A stretch of 64,000 nt of DNA from the NCBI GenBank assembly GCA_951406725.2, contig OX597824.1, positions 50,158,001 to 50,222,000 of the forward strand, written 5' to 3'. This stretch comes from Octopus vulgaris. Taxonomy: Eukaryota. The position numbers and the translations under genes were made by a program. The notes under the pieces were generated by a model. It worked only from the letters and a program-made list of their open reading frames with translations. It ran no database searches and was not told the DNA's origin. Positions 13,947 through 29,182 of the stretch are shown here, piece after piece (within the stretch, counting starts at the first letter, position 1; the number at the start of each line of letters is the position of its first letter).

Positions 13947-14338
13947 AATTTATTGCAATCACACATAAACAAACACACCCACATACGCGCGCACGCACAT
14001 GTATTCATGAGTATATATACATGTGTGTGTGTGTGTGTGTGTGTTTGTGTGTATGAATACTTGAAAATGAATAATGAAGAAAACATTTCATGAAGTAAGA
14101 AATATATATGCGAGGAAAAAATGGAGATGAAGAAACTTCGGTAGTTATGAGAGGTGTAGATGTGTTGATGGCGGTTATATTGGGGAGGGAAAATGTAGGG
14201 ATTTCACGAATATAAGTACGTGATATGAGGCTAGAAGGGTTTGGATTGGAACGGTAAGATATTCAGGATTCATGAATTGTTTTCAGCAAGGAGAAATTTG
14301 TCTTTTGAGAGAATTAACAACATCTTTCATGAAAATTA

Positions 14339-14428
<90 letters not shown>

Positions 14429-14565
14429 CCTCTGTGTGTGTGTATAAATATATCTATAGATATATAGGAAAATTATATATATATATTTAAATATATCAAT
14501 GTATATACATACATACACACATACATGTATATATGCGTATAAATAAATGTGTCTATATATTTATA

Positions 14566-14604
<39 letters not shown>

Positions 14605-14781
14605 AATATACATATAAATCATAAATGAATTTATATGTGTATATATTCAAACCTATATAAGCCTTTATAAATATAAATATATATTGTATTCTATAACTAT
14701 ATAAATTTTTGTATGTTTATCTGCTATCACATTTCTTCCCTCCTCTCTCTATCTCTGTTTCTTTGTCTCTGTCTCTCTGTC

Positions 14782-14854
<73 letters not shown>

Positions 14855-15649
14855 GTGTCTATTTGTAAGTATCTGCTTGAAAGAAATGCTGTATATTGAT
14901 ACCACCCCAACCCGTACATACAACCGTTGATATACAGGTATGAATAAATAAATTATCAATCGATATAAATCCTCTAAAATAATTACATAAATACATAAGA
15001 AATAACAATGTAAGTAATATAACAATATAGATAATAAGAAATTATAAATATATAAATATAAGGAAGGGCAAACAACAGAGTTCAAACCGAAAACAATCTG
15101 AATATGAGCAATATAAAAACTGAAAAACGAAACAAAATATTTGTTATCCTTAACAACTGATAGTAAACAGAAATAAAACGGGAAAAACATTCGCAATAAC
15201 TGCAAGTTCACCACCACCTACACCACCACTAACAACAGCAGCATTATATTCTAAAATGGCGTCAATTCTTCGGAAAGGTTTATATTAATTTGCATCAACA
15301 GAAACTCACTCTTTCGTAGTCCGTGTTTTGTTTGTGTGTATCTTTTGCATATAAGACTCATGCTCGCTTACGCGCATTTAGAGGTGCGTGCACATACAAA
15401 TACATAGTGGCAGAAGCGTATCTGATGTAACATCACATATAAATTCATATATAACCAATAATTACCCCATAATCTGTCCAGTACATTCATATAATATTGT
15501 TTTTTCTTTTTTCAAGAGGGAAAGCAAGACCTCCGAAACTGCTCGTAAGTGAATAAGAAGGTAACATCAAAGCGGGAAGCTGTCCTAAATGGTTGCAACA
15601 AAGTGGACTCTGTTAGATGCATCCAAGTGCCCAAGGTGGCAGGCGCTAG

Positions 15650-15825
15650 TATTAACCCAAGTGACAGGTTAGGTCTTCCATGGCGGGATTTGAACTCAGA
15701 ACGCAAAGAGCCGGAAGAAACTGATCAGTACAGTTGCGCAAATCCATTGCCTAGTATACTTATATAAACCTAAGAAGGATGAAAGGCAAATTTGGAGTCG
15801 GCGGAATTTAAACTTAAACAGAATT
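15650..15825 (-). mobile_element. Two partial SINE family B fragments
   Basis: GGCGGGATTTGAACTCAGAACG and AAGGATGAAAGGCAAA..TCGGCGGAATTTAAACT. Confidence 0.6.
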
Positions 15826-15881
15826 TATGTATGTATGTATGTATGTATGTATGTATGTATGTATGTATGTATGTATGTATG

Positions 15882-15940
<59 letters not shown>

Positions 15941-15968
15941 TTTGAAGTGATGTACAGATATATATATA

Positions 15969-16068
<100 letters not shown>

Positions 16069-16069
16069 C

Positions 16070-16145
<76 letters not shown>

Positions 16146-16899
16146 AAAATAGCTGTGAAAACAGAAGATAGGGTAAATACCCTTGGAAGACGGAAAGTAA
16201 TGAGCAGCAAGCCGCTACAGGAGATCGAACCCTGTACATTCTAAGTTGTTTTCACAACAATACTGCGTTTTGATGTATTTACTGTAGAATACCAACTCAC
16301 TTGGCACTTCTAGTTTCCTTATAAATTAATGTTCTCAAATTCCAAAACTTATTTAGCGTTATAAAAGACGGTATTTGTTGATAGAGATCGCTTATCTTAC
16401 TGATACAGAGCGCACACCCGGGACTTGAGAAATATACAAGGTTCGATTATTTGTAATACCTTCACTGGAGACCATTTTTGTTCCATCTTCTAAGACAGGG
16501 TAAATAACCTTATTTTTCACCCTATCATCTAAGTTTCACAGCTTCACAGCTATTCCGTGTTCGAAATTTACTTTATTTCCTGCAAAATACGAACTCAATC
16601 AGCGCTTCTAAATAGTTTGAGTATATATATTATATGTAAAAGATTAAAGATCAAGACACACACGCACAGACGCGCACACGCAACGCAAACACGCGCGCAC
16701 ACACACACACACACACATATATATGTCTTAATCTTTAATCTTTTACTTGTTTCAGTCATTAGACTGCGGCCATGCTGGAGCACTGCACTGAAGTATTTTA
16801 GTTGAATGACTCGATCCCAGTCCTACCCGTGCATATATATATATATAAATAATGTAAATAATATATATGCATATATACATACGTATATGTACACATATC

Positions 16900-16965
<66 letters not shown>

Positions 16966-17136
16966 CATATGTGGGCACAGGACGTCATGAAGCGTGTACA
17001 ACAAAAAATTACTAAATACGAGTACATGGAATATGAACTATTTTTTCGAAAAGCGAAAGACACAAATGGAAAGACAAACAACATAAAGAACGACCCTTCA
17101 TCAGTTGTTGGCAGTTTTTCTACTTTAGTATTTCGA

Positions 17137-17289
<153 letters not shown>

Positions 17290-17461
17290 ATATATTTATA
17301 TATTTATATATATATATCTATATATTTATATTAAGGGCATTACTATACATAAATGCCCTTAATATAAACAAATATATTTAAAGGGAATAATAATTTTACC
17401 CTTATGAAGTTTTTCACGCAAACGACTTGATAAATTCTTATAAAGATTCTATCCTATATTT

Positions 17462-17519
<58 letters not shown>

Positions 17520-17521
<2 letters not shown>

Positions 17522-17860
17522 CTTGCCTTTCATCGATCTGGGGTCAATAAAATAAGTAGCAGTTGAATACTGGGTATGATTTAATCGTCTTGGCCTCTCT
17601 CCCGAAATTGCTGGCTTTGAATATGAAACCCATATTAATTGTGTTTAAAGCGACAAGCTTCCAGAATCATTGGCATGCCGGACAAAATGCATAGTGTCAT
17701 TTCTTCCTGCTTCATGTTCTATGTTCAAATGTTATCGAGGTCAAGCTTCATCTTTTCTGGGTCGATAAAATAAGTGCCTGTTGAGAAATGGTGGCGATGT
17801 AATCGACTTACCTGCTTCCCTTAAAATTACAGGCTTTGTGCCAAAATTCGAAAGAATATT
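17520..17860 (+). mobile_element. Tandem pair of diverged SINE family B copies
   Basis: Two occurrences of GGGGTC-ATAAAATAAGT..GTTGA..ATCG..CTTTG; the second has a head AAAGCGACAAGCTTCCAGAATC. Confidence 0.65.
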
Positions 17861-19144
17861 AATTGTTTGTGTAACCTTGTATCTAAGTAAGAAATGTATA
17901 TTAGTTACTTGTGGGAAATTGCTTCTTTCATTAGGACACCAATAAAATTATTTTCTTCTAAAATATCTCCACGAACTAATAAACTTATAACATATCACTG
18001 CACTGTTGACTAATTAATAGTATTATATCATATTATGCAATTCTTTGTTGAGCTCCTGTCCATGAGCTTATATTGGGCAATTATAGATAGAAAAGAATGA
18101 TCGTCTTTGTAGATATTAAAAATCAGAGATAAAAGAGTCATATCTGCTTCTTTAGCGTAGGAATAAATTGTACAGATTTGTTGGTAATTAATTCGTAGCT
18201 TAATTTTTAATTAAAGATTATTATATCTTAATTTTTATGAATCTAGTGAAATCATTTAGTGTGTAGCTAATTTAGCAACTGTGTTTGTCTTTAACAATAA
18301 TAACCAATAAACACTTGTTCTTATTCCGTCTGCAAATCACGACGGCTTTAGTGTTGTTTTCGGAAAACATTTTTATGGCTGTATGCATTTCTATGTTTAT
18401 TGCTTTGGTCTTGTAGAACGCGTTTAAGTTTATCACCTGCCTTCATCATATTTCCTTATCTATCTCCAAGGTGGTCTACTTTTAATATCCAACATAGCTT
18501 AGGTAACTGAACGACTCCAGCTTTAGTGATAAATAGAAGAGCAAGAAACAACAACAAGTGTCTATGTATGTATGTTAGTGTGTGTGTATTTAAGTAAGTA
18601 TGTGTGTGTATATATGTATGATGGGGATGCACTAAAACGTCTGTGAATGCCTATACGTGCATGGAAATACGAAATATCTACAAGGATATAAAACGTCAAT
18701 TTATAAGATGTCTATGTAAAGAAAGACTACAAAATAAATGAACAGAATAAAACAAATGCTAATGAATAACGGAAATACAATTTAGTAGACACTACACAGA
18801 TGTAGTTTATTCATTACAATAAAACGCAGTAGACACAACAGTCATCAAAAACAAACCGTTTATATCCTATATTTTATAAAAGAATCTACATACAAATTAT
18901 ATTATACGAAACAAACATTCTGGCAATAGACAAGATGAAAATTTTATAAAAGATTGATTAAAAAGTATATTGAACGTCTGTATTTAACGGAATGTATAAA
19001 ACAACGGGCAATTATAGACATATTGGTTAACAATATCATTTCTCCCATGAAAGATAAATTTTCAAGAGAAATGCATTATGTTGTTCAATTAAACCAAGTA
19101 AGCCTTCATTAATAATAATTCCAGCATGGAGTGTCCTATACGTT

Positions 19145-19175
<31 letters not shown>

Positions 19176-19364
19176 ACACACAGACACACACACACACACA
19201 CACACTCACGCAGTCAAAACCATTTCTTTGGCTATATAAATATAAATATCATCACGATATATATATTAACTAATTTATTACTTAATGTTGGAATGTCTCT
19301 CTGTAAAATGATATATGACACATACACACGCGCGCACAGACACACACAAACACACACACACACA

Positions 19365-19530
19365 CGGGTTTGTATATGTGTCCGTAAATTAGCGGTTCGG
19401 TAAAAGAATCGATAAAAAAGTACCAGGCCTAAAATAAAATAAGAAGGGATCGATGTGTTCAGTTAAACCCAGCAAGGTTTGCCACGACATAGCCGTATTC
19501 GAAAGACCAAAAGAACAAGAGGGTAAAAGA
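19365..19530 (+). mobile_element. SINE family A, 3' fragment
   Basis: CCGTAAATTAGCGGTTCGGTAAAAGAATCGATAAAAAGTACCAGGC. Confidence 0.65.
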
Positions 19531-19645
19531 TGCATTAACACAGGCGCATGTACGTTTGCGTGTATATTCATTTGTACATACACACACAAATGTGTTTGCC
19601 TGGTATATAATAATCACACATTCACACACACACACATACACAAAC

Positions 19646-19683
<38 letters not shown>

Positions 19684-20178
19684 TGCATATATATATATAC
19701 AATGTTATATAGATATATATGTGCATGTATATATATATGTGTGCGTATATATATATATATATATATATATTAGACATATACATACATACACAAGCACGCC
19801 TATATAAACATACATACACATATTAGCGTCTGCGTTGAAGGGGATAGAGATGGTGACAGAAAGAGAATGAGTAGATTAATACTTGAAAGAGAAAGACATG
19901 TGTACGTATATATATGTATATATATATGTATATCTATATCTATATATATATCTAATTATCCAAATCTCTCACTCTATATATATATAAATACATACAAACA
20001 TATATATATATATCTATACGTATATGTGTGCGTGTGCGTGCGTGTAGATAGATAAATAGAGACAAAGAGAAAGAGAGTGAATGAAGTGAGGGAAGGAAAG
20101 AACGAATCAAAAGAAAAGGGACACAATATATGAGAAAAACATAAGATAGAATTGAAGAGTTGGGGAAAGGGAGAAAGG

Positions 20179-20209
<31 letters not shown>

Positions 20210-20244
20210 CAGGAATGAGAAAAAACAGGTGACAGAGAATGTAT

Positions 20245-20279
<35 letters not shown>

Positions 20280-20348
20280 CATATATATATGTATGTATAT
20301 ATATATATATTATATATATACACACATATATATATATGTATGTATATA

Positions 20349-20423
<75 letters not shown>

Positions 20424-20571
20424 TTTATAGATGAGTAGATAGAGAGGTAGATAGAAAGTGACTGAGAAAGAGAGCGACAAAGAGAGAGGATACAGTCAAG
20501 ATAAGAGAACCAGAAAGTCAGAAAGTAAAATTACCTGACTACACACACACATACATACATACACACACTCA

Positions 20572-20608
<37 letters not shown>

Positions 20609-20657
20609 ACACAGACACATATATATATATATATAGACACAAACATACATTTATACA

Positions 20658-20711
<54 letters not shown>

Positions 20712-21244
20712 TATACACATATATATGTATATATATGTATATGTACATGCATGTGTGTATGTATGTATTTGAACGTCTGTATGTTTGTGTGTGAAAGCGT
20801 TTGCAGATGTGTGTGTATATGTTTATATTTATGTATATCGAATACTCTATTGAACTTCTTTTTCTTTATATATACATATACAAAATATGTATACATACAT
20901 ATACATGTGTGTGTGTGTGCGCCTATGTATGGATGGGTGTGTACTGATGACAGTGTTGATACATCAATCAGCTTGAGTATGAAATTATGAAATAAAGAAC
21001 CAGTCCTCCCCACTTCTTTCATTAGCCATCGGCAATATCAGAAATGTCGGCAAGTGTCCACTTGATTGAGTGTGGCCCGAAGCTATTTTCGAGGCATGGA
21101 TGCATGCTTTAAAAAACAATGAAAGTCCAATGAATGTGGAAGCATTTGTGTCTGTTATGTGCTCCATACATGATATGGAATTCTTTGCAAACTCACAGAA
21201 TATGCATCGTCACACATTGCAGACAATATATATATATTTATATA

Positions 21245-21304
<60 letters not shown>

Positions 21305-21421
21305 GTAAATATGCATGTCTGTTTATGTGTGTGTGTAGATGTATGTATATATATATATATATATATATACGCAAACATACTATGTTTTGAATACAAATGC
21401 ATAATGCATGTGTATACATAC

Positions 21422-21475
<54 letters not shown>

Positions 21476-21576
21476 ACATACATACACACGCACACACATA
21501 CATATGTATGCATTTATATATGTATATGTGTGCATACATCCGGATAGATATATGCATTTATATGTATATGTGCATG

Positions 21577-21658
<82 letters not shown>

Positions 21659-22330
21659 GTATGTGTGTTGTGTGTGTGTGTGTGTGTGCGTATGAAGAAA
21701 AACGCATAAACGAAACCAAAACTGCTCACTCACATAGACTGACAAACAAAGGGATATGCTTCAAAACATGCGTATACACATATATATTCATACATGTATC
21801 TCGCTGTATATGTGTGTATACATACATGCATGTATATATGCATATATACATACACGCGCACACACACATATGTGTGTGTATGTATATATATATATTGTAT
21901 ATTTACAACTAATGTGATTGATTTCATTTTATTTCCAGCATAGTTTATTCTTTGCTATTTGTTAATAAAGAAACGGAAATGCTTTAAATACAAACTTGTA
22001 TGTCTTTGCAACTATTTCAATATGTCTGCTCATGCATGCACGCAGGTGTGTATGCGCATGTGTGTATGAGTCACTGAGTCCCTATGTGCCTGTGGTTGTG
22101 TAACAGTGTCAGTGTGTGTTATGATGTTTTGTGCCTCAACATGCATTCCATCATTCACAGAAGCATGCATGTATATGTATGCGAAATCTCTCTCTCTTTC
22201 TTTCTCTCCTTCTCTCTCAAACAGAGAAACTCAAACACATACACATACGCGCACACACACATGTATATATATAGACAGTGTTTGTTATAAGAACACTGCA
22301 ACACAAACACACACCGAGAAACATAGTTAT

Positions 22331-22692
22331 CTTTATCATTTACTAGTCCCAGTCATTAACTGCGGCCATGCTGGGGCATCGCCTTGAAGAACTTTTAGTT
22401 GAATAAATCAACTTCACTACTTGTTTTTTTTTTTTTTTTTTTTCGAAAAGCCTGGTACTTATTCTATCATAATTTTTGCCGAACCGCTAGGTTACGGGAG
22501 GTAAACAAACCAACATCGGTTGTTAAACGGTACTAGGGGGCAAACACAGACAAAAAGACACACACAGTTATATACATATATATATAAAGATAAATATACG
22601 ACAGGCTTCTTTCTGCCCAAGGTGTTACGCAGTGGAGCTGAACCCGGAACCATGTAGTTGGGAAGTAAGCTTTTTACCACACTAGTCCCGCA
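22331..22692 (-). mobile_element. SINE family A copy with internal deletion
   Basis: CTGCGGCCATGCTGGGGCATCGCC..GCCGAACCGCTAGGTTACGG..CTGAACCCGGAACCATGT. Confidence 0.8.
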
Positions 22693-22746
22693 TGATATTT
22701 TTCAAACGTTTATAGTTATAAATATAGGTATGTGTGTGCGTGTATA

Positions 22747-22788
<42 letters not shown>

Positions 22789-22831
22789 AGTAAATAATAA
22801 AAGATAATTATAAATATAGGTATGTGTGTGC

Positions 22832-22872
<41 letters not shown>

Positions 22873-22877
<5 letters not shown>

Positions 22878-23219
22878 ATATTTCGGAATGGTCATTTTGC
22901 CAGTTTAGCCAATAAAAACACAGGCACTATATATTTGGTGTTATTTTGCTTCAGTGTTATTTATTTTCTACATTAATCTTAATCTTATTTCGGCCAGAGT
23001 TCTTTCGTCACACTCCTGTAACCGCATCGGTGGTCCTTTGTTTTCTTATTTCTTATTTCTGTCTCTCCTTACTAACCGTCAGCCGTTTTGTATTTCTATT
23101 TGAATAAGATTAAGATTAATGTAAAAAATAAATAACACTGAAGCAAAATAACACCAAATATATAGTGCGTGTGTTTTTATTGGCTAAACTGGCAAAACGA
23201 CCATTCCGAAATATAACAA
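22873..23219. mobile_element. ~117 bp near-perfect inverted repeat enclosing a degenerate hammerhead motif (PLE inverted pLTR-like)
   Basis: 22873-22990 is the reverse complement of 23102-23219. The spacer on the minus strand reads GGACCA-CCGATGC-G-GTTACA-GGAG-TGTGAC-GAAA-GAACTC-TGGCC. Confidence 0.75.
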
Positions 23220-23276
23220 TATCTGTTTTCACACACGACTTCACAAAAAAAATCTTGCGCAACAAATATATAAACG

Positions 23277-23308
<32 letters not shown>

Positions 23309-23378
23309 CACAAGTAAAAGATAAAAGATAATTATAAATATAGGTATGTGTGTGCGTGTGTGTATATATATGCATATA

Positions 23379-23432
<54 letters not shown>

Positions 23433-23446
23433 AGTAAAAGTAAAAG

Positions 23447-23483
<37 letters not shown>

Positions 23484-23514
23484 TGTGTGTGTATGAACGT
23501 GTATATGTTTCTAT

Positions 23515-23935
23515 CTTTTATCTTCTGCTTCTTTCAGGCATTAGATTACAACCATACTGTGGTACAGCCTTAAAGGGTTTAGTCGAACAAATAGATTCCA
23601 GTAATTATATGTTTTTAAAACCTGGTACTTATTCGGTCGTCCCGCATTTTGCCGAACCGCTAAGTTACAAGGCGTAAAACAAACCAACACCGGTTGCCGA
23701 ATGTTGGCAGTAGTGGACAAGCAGAAGCGTAAAAATACACATAGACATACTCACTCACGCACACACAGGATCAGCATGCACACGTGCACGCGCACACACA
23801 CACGCACACACAAACACACACACATACACTGACAAGACAAAACATTTGTCGACCCGATATTTTAGTTTAGATGTTTAAATGTCCAGCAGTGGGACTGAAC
23901 CCGGATGTGAATTTCCTACCACTCAGTCACGCCTT
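23515..23935 (-). mobile_element. Diverged SINE family A copy
   Basis: CCTGGTACTTATTC..GCCGAACCGCTAAGTTAC..CAGTGGGACTGAACCC. Confidence 0.7.
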
Positions 23936-24250
23936 TGCGAGTCAACACTGTTTCCCTTGACGACAATGTAAACTTCTTTTGATTAAGGTATCTTTGACCC
24001 GACTAGTAGCTAGCGGAATACTCCTCGCTTGGGTACTTACTTCTTCCGAGATTCTGATAGCTACGAAACATTTGTAGCCTAGATTTTATCTACTCCATTC
24101 CCTAATTTTCGATAATATATGTATGTATGTATATATATAAAACTTAGATAAAACTTAGATATGTTTCGACCAGAGATTGGTCCAGGCCATGTCTAACTTC
24201 AGGATTAAATAAAGACAACGGAAAATATGATGTACCTGTGTATATATATA

Positions 24251-24845
24251 TGGTGGTTGTCTACTCCTTATACAGAGATTGACCACCTCCTGTACAATCA
24301 TAGCACAATCATGGCATCTGATGTGGCTTTTTAAACCAGACAAAATTCTGAAAAGACACCCACCTAGATTGCACCTCTGATTTGGACCACCAATACCTGC
24401 AGATAAGTTCTGCTCTTTGTGGATCTTAGCATATCTTTTGATGTCTCCGTTGGATTTGCAAACCTTCTGGCATACACTGCATTCAAAGGTGTGCACAGAA
24501 ATATAGGCAGAATAGCTGGTTGAGGTTCGTTTTCCATGCGTTAGCAGAAGGTCATTGTCATTCACCTTCTCTATCGTTACATTGTTCCTTAGATCTCTTT
24601 TGAGTCTTACTTGCGTTATCCTAGCTTCTTCAAATGCTTTTACTCCAATCCACACCTTTGTTCGCCATTCAACTCGATCCGAAGCAAGGGTTTCTATATC
24701 TTCTGGAACCATTCCAAGTGACTTCATAGTAGTCCTTATGCCGTCCTTAAACCTTTTTTAGGTTTACGCCGATAGCGTTTCCCCTCTGCAAGCTCACCAT
24801 AAAACAGCTGTTTCGGCATCTGTTCATCTGTCATTCGAACAATGT
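24251..24845 (-). mobile_element. 5'-truncated RTE-clade LINE (C-terminus with C2H2 fingers plus 3' UTR)
   Basis: [32 protein letters not shown] and FECSVCQKVCKSNGDIKRYAKIH; homologous to 62694-63320; (TA)n on both sides. Confidence 0.85.
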
Positions 24846-24853
24846 AAATATAC

Positions 24854-24916
<63 letters not shown>

Positions 24917-24927
24917 AATATATATAT

Positions 24928-24964
<37 letters not shown>

Positions 24965-25000
24965 CACATTCGCATCAATGCATATATATATATATATAAC

Positions 25001-25320
25001 AATAGGACTTATTCATTGTAAGCCTAGTACTTATTCTATCAGTCTCTTTAGCCGAACCGCTAACTTACAGGAACGTAAACACACCAGTATCGGTTGTCAA
25101 GCGATGTTGGGGGACAAACACAGACGCACAACCATATACGCACACATACATTTATATATATATACATATACAACGGGCTTCCTTCAGTTTCCGTCTACAA
25201 AATCCACTCACAAGGCTTTAGTCAGCCCGACGCTATAGTAGAAGGTGCCACGCAGTGGGACTGAACCCAGAACCATGTGGTTGGTAAGCAAGCTACTTAC
25301 CACACAGCCACTCCTGCGCC
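25001..25320 (-). mobile_element. Well-preserved tRNA-derived SINE family A copy
   Basis: Minus-strand head GGCGCAGGAGTGGCTGTGTGGTAAG (A box) and GGGTTCAGTCCC (B box), internal TA/CA microsatellite, conserved 3' body. Confidence 0.9.
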
Positions 25321-25728
25321 TATACACACACATACACATATAAACATACATATACATGCACATACACACGCATAAGCAAATACATATATGCATAAACATA
25401 TATACACATATACATACACATACACACACATACATATACACATGCACACACACACACACACATATATAGATATACATGCATATAAATACAAGAACACATA
25501 CAAACATACACGCATGTACATATATCGAAAGCGAAGTTGTGAAGGGAGCGCTAGTTATTTTAAAAAGCCTTTGAGAAAACAGACGTCACAGAGCGAGGGA
25601 AGAAAAGGTATAGAAGAAGAAAGAGGGAACGAAAGAACGAAAGTTAAAGGGGAAAGGAAGTTACGAGCAAACAGAGAATAGATGATAGATGGAAAGAAAA
25701 AATGAAGGAAAGAATAGCTCTCCGCTTT

Positions 25729-25773
<45 letters not shown>

Positions 25774-25799
25774 TGTATGTTTGTAGGTGTTCCTGCATG

Positions 25800-25831
<32 letters not shown>

Positions 25832-25845
25832 TGTATGTATGTATG

Positions 25846-25882
<37 letters not shown>

Positions 25883-26197
25883 CACATATGTTGGAGTTTC
25901 TTATATCTGTTAAAATGTCTAGTTGATGAGCGCTGTTGTTTATATCCTCCCTGATAAGATTGATGTATTACTTTACATTATTCATCCTGTTGGATTTATT
26001 TTGAATTCATCCATCGAAACATATGTCGATGATATGACATTTTTCTTATGTTCTCCAAAATACGTCTCGCTTCTCACCGGAAATAACTCTCACACAAGTG
26101 TATTCACTGATTCCTAGGACACTTATGTGACATTTGGCTACTTTGTAATTATTCCCCTGGATCTTTCTTATAAATTGAACATATATATATATACATA

Positions 26198-26324
<127 letters not shown>

Positions 26325-26645
26325 TCAAATCGAAAATAAGAACAAAAGTAATAAACATCAAAACGATGTACATAGTGAATGTATCAGGCTGATGCGCTCA
26401 GTTTAAGATGGGAAAAAGGGGGGATGTGTAGCGTTGTGAGCCTAACTCTTCGTCAGAAAGAGGAAAGAGGAAAAGTCCAGAGGGAAGAAAAAGAATAGTC
26501 CGAGAAAAGCACAGCATACATATTTATAGATATAAATATACCTACGGATGTATATATATAGCCCCTTCCTTCCACAGACACACTCAATTAAGATTATTAT
26601 AGAAGACATACTTCTTATACATCACATCCTCTAATTAGACTTATA

Positions 26646-26843
26646 CGAGGGAGTGCTGACAAATTTTGGCCTCAAGGGTGTCGCGAAAGACCTGGTTGGA
26701 GGCCTAGCATTCCAGGTTCTTTTACAGGGCTTACAAAAACTGAAGGACCGCTGTAATAAGGGAATATGTTGAATAAAATCATAATTATCTGACCCTCCTG
26801 TATTTTTTAAACCCAAAGCTAAGAACTTTTCAGCAGCCCCTCG
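26646..26843 (+). mobile_element. Mariner-derived MITE (198 bp)
   Basis: TA-CGAGGGAGTGCTGACAAATTTTGGC...GCTAAGAACTTTTCAGCAGCCCCTCG-TA, i.e. TIRs with TA duplication; internal GLQKLKDRCNK..EYVE* transposase C-terminal remnant. Confidence 0.85.
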
Positions 26844-27205
26844 TACATAGCAACTGATTTATTGAAAAACTGAAACTGTTATCGAATTGTTTCGAATTAC
26901 ATGAACTCATACACTCACCCAGAAATTCCCTGAATTATAAAATTAAATAATACAAATAATAAAATCATTGCATTCATGGCTGTGTATACCTGAGTATGTG
27001 AGCTCATGAAATTAAAAATAAGATGACTCATCTCAACAATCAGTTAGAAGACAAATTGATGCTAACGCCTGATATTAATAATGAACTAACACTGATGAAT
27101 TTTTCTTCACATGCATTCTAAATTAACAAATAAGTTAATCAATGTTCATTGAATTAATTTACTTGGAAATCAATAAAGTAAAGGATCTATATAATAATAA
27201 AAAAA

Positions 27206-27520
27206 GGATGTACAATGGCCCAGTAGTTAGGGCAGCGGACTCGCGGTCGGAGGATCGCGGTTTCAATTCCCAGACCGGGCGTTGCGTGTGTTTATTGAGC
27301 GAAAACACCTAAAAGCGCCACGAAGCTCCGGCAGGGCGTGGTGGCGACCCCTGTTGTACTGTTTCGCCACAACTTTCTCTCACTCTCTCTTCCTGTTTAT
27401 TGAGTAAAGCTGCGATGAACTGACGTCCCGTCCAGCCGGGAGGGAACACATACGCCACAGAAACCAAGAAACCGGGCCCATGAGCCTGGCTAGGCTTGAA
27501 AAGGGCGACGTTTGTCGTTT
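27206..27520 (+). mobile_element. tRNA-derived SINE family C copy
   Basis: TGGCCCAGTAGTTAGG (A box), GGTTTCAATTCCC (B box); body shared with 46003-46170. Confidence 0.85.
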
Positions 27521-27529
27521 TATAATAAT

Positions 27530-29040
27530 ATAAATATTATAAAGTAATCTTCATAAATAATTGGCTTATTATAAGTAAAATGTAGAGAAGAGGTTAACTG
27601 AAAAATATACAAAGGTGTCAACAAGTAAAGGAAACCTAATGAAGTTTATTTATAGAATAAGTTTTAGGAATTGATAACTTATGAGTAAATTCTAGGAGAG
27701 CAGACTATAAAAAATCTTTCGTGAGTGGATAATATTGAATTTGATGCTGTATAGTCCACTCTCGCTAACATCTAAAATACCGGAAATAGTACCAGTTGGA
27801 AAATCAAATGATTTTCCGATGAGTTGATACCTGGGTGTTTAATCTTATACTAAATATTAGACCTTTAAAATGCTTGCATAACTTTCATAATACTATTGAT
27901 ACTACAGGTGTTAGAGTATTTTTTCTAACAGACCATCGTTTCGATGTAAGCCTCCGGTAATTATGAGCAATATATTCTGACCCTTTCAGTCATCGTATAT
28001 AAGAGATTTTTCTGAAGTAAATAACTCGGCAGATCCTCGCTGTAGAGATAAGTGAATCCATTGTCGTTCCGCATGTCTTCACTATAACAATGATACATCA
28101 TTTCAACTCGTATTCTATGTATTGTCATTCGGGTGCTATAAGTATCAGAGAGTAATGTTGTGAGCTTAAAGGTTAGGTTCTTGAAATAATGGAATTGTTT
28201 ATTTTTTTAATACTGAGCCTTAAATTTTTTGATGGCGAGGTCAATTTACGCCTTATTCTATGTTGGATTACCTACAGAACAACTATACACTATTCTTTTA
28301 TCTAAATATCTAGAATTTATTCAATAGGAGGTATTACGAACCCAACATCTAATTATTTGGCTTTCAATGTAAATATTATTAACATTACATAGTTTTGATT
28401 TGGCAAACTTGTATGAAGTTATAGCGTTAGGATGTGTGCTCTATAATAAGAGAACTTAATTGTATCTCTATTAAAATGTTATACTTGGAAGGAGAAAGCT
28501 TTACTTATAAGACAATAGAAAATTCGACTATTAGGGCAGAAACCTGTGGTGGATGAAATGATTGTGTGGTTTTTGATCTCTTATTGTTTTTAGCTTTATT
28601 TGTAGAAGAGACATGGACAATTCTAGCACTGAATTTGCTCCACTTCAGGACTTCATTTCAATATGGGCCGTGATCATTGAGAATTGTTACATAAGCTGAT
28701 ATATTGAAAAGTGAAATAGATATATTTGTTATTAGATTTCAAGAGACATAGTTTGGTTAGGGAGTCTATTAGCATGGCAAAGTGTTTCTATGGTTTATCT
28801 TTAAAGGGATAAAAATGACCCTTACTAAGATTTAAATTTACATATATGATATTGATAATTTTCACTTAGGTGTTTAATGTTATGCTAAATCTTAGGCCTT
28901 TAAAAATACTTGCACATCTTTCATAATACTATTGATACAACAGGAGTAAGAGTATTTTTTGTAACAGACCATCGTCTCGATACAAGCTCCCAGTAATTAT
29001 GAGCAATATGTCGTTGACTTTATATCGCCTGACTAAATTA
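27530..29040 (-). mobile_element. Two tandem degraded PLE fragments (RT, thumb, GIY-YIG)
   Basis: Minus strand: GSLYRDDGLL (~28965-29000), FNRDTIKFSY (~28445-28475), IVYSCSV..KA*IDLA..FKAQY (GIY-YIG-like, ~28210-28295). The YRDD segment recurs as a diverged ~150 bp direct repeat at 27832-27985. Confidence 0.7.
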
Positions 29041-29082
29041 GTGATTTCAGTTTGAGTCACTTGCATCAATGCTTACATCCAA

Positions 29083-29182
29083 NNNNNNNNNNNNNNNNNN
29101 NNNNNNNNNNNNNNNNNNNNNNNNNNNNNNNNNNNNNNNNNNNNNNNNNNNNNNNNNNNNNNNNNNNNNNNNNNNNNNNNNN
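29083..29182. other. Assembly gap (100 N)
   Basis: Run of exactly 100 N, a typical placeholder of unknown size. Confidence 0.99.

Noticed and set aside
25923-26117. YVDD motif suggesting a LINE RT
   Set aside because: A single motif in eroded sequence; plausible relic but too weak to call
27206-27280. Functional tRNA gene
   Set aside because: A and B boxes continue into a multi-copy SINE body and there is no convincing acceptor stem
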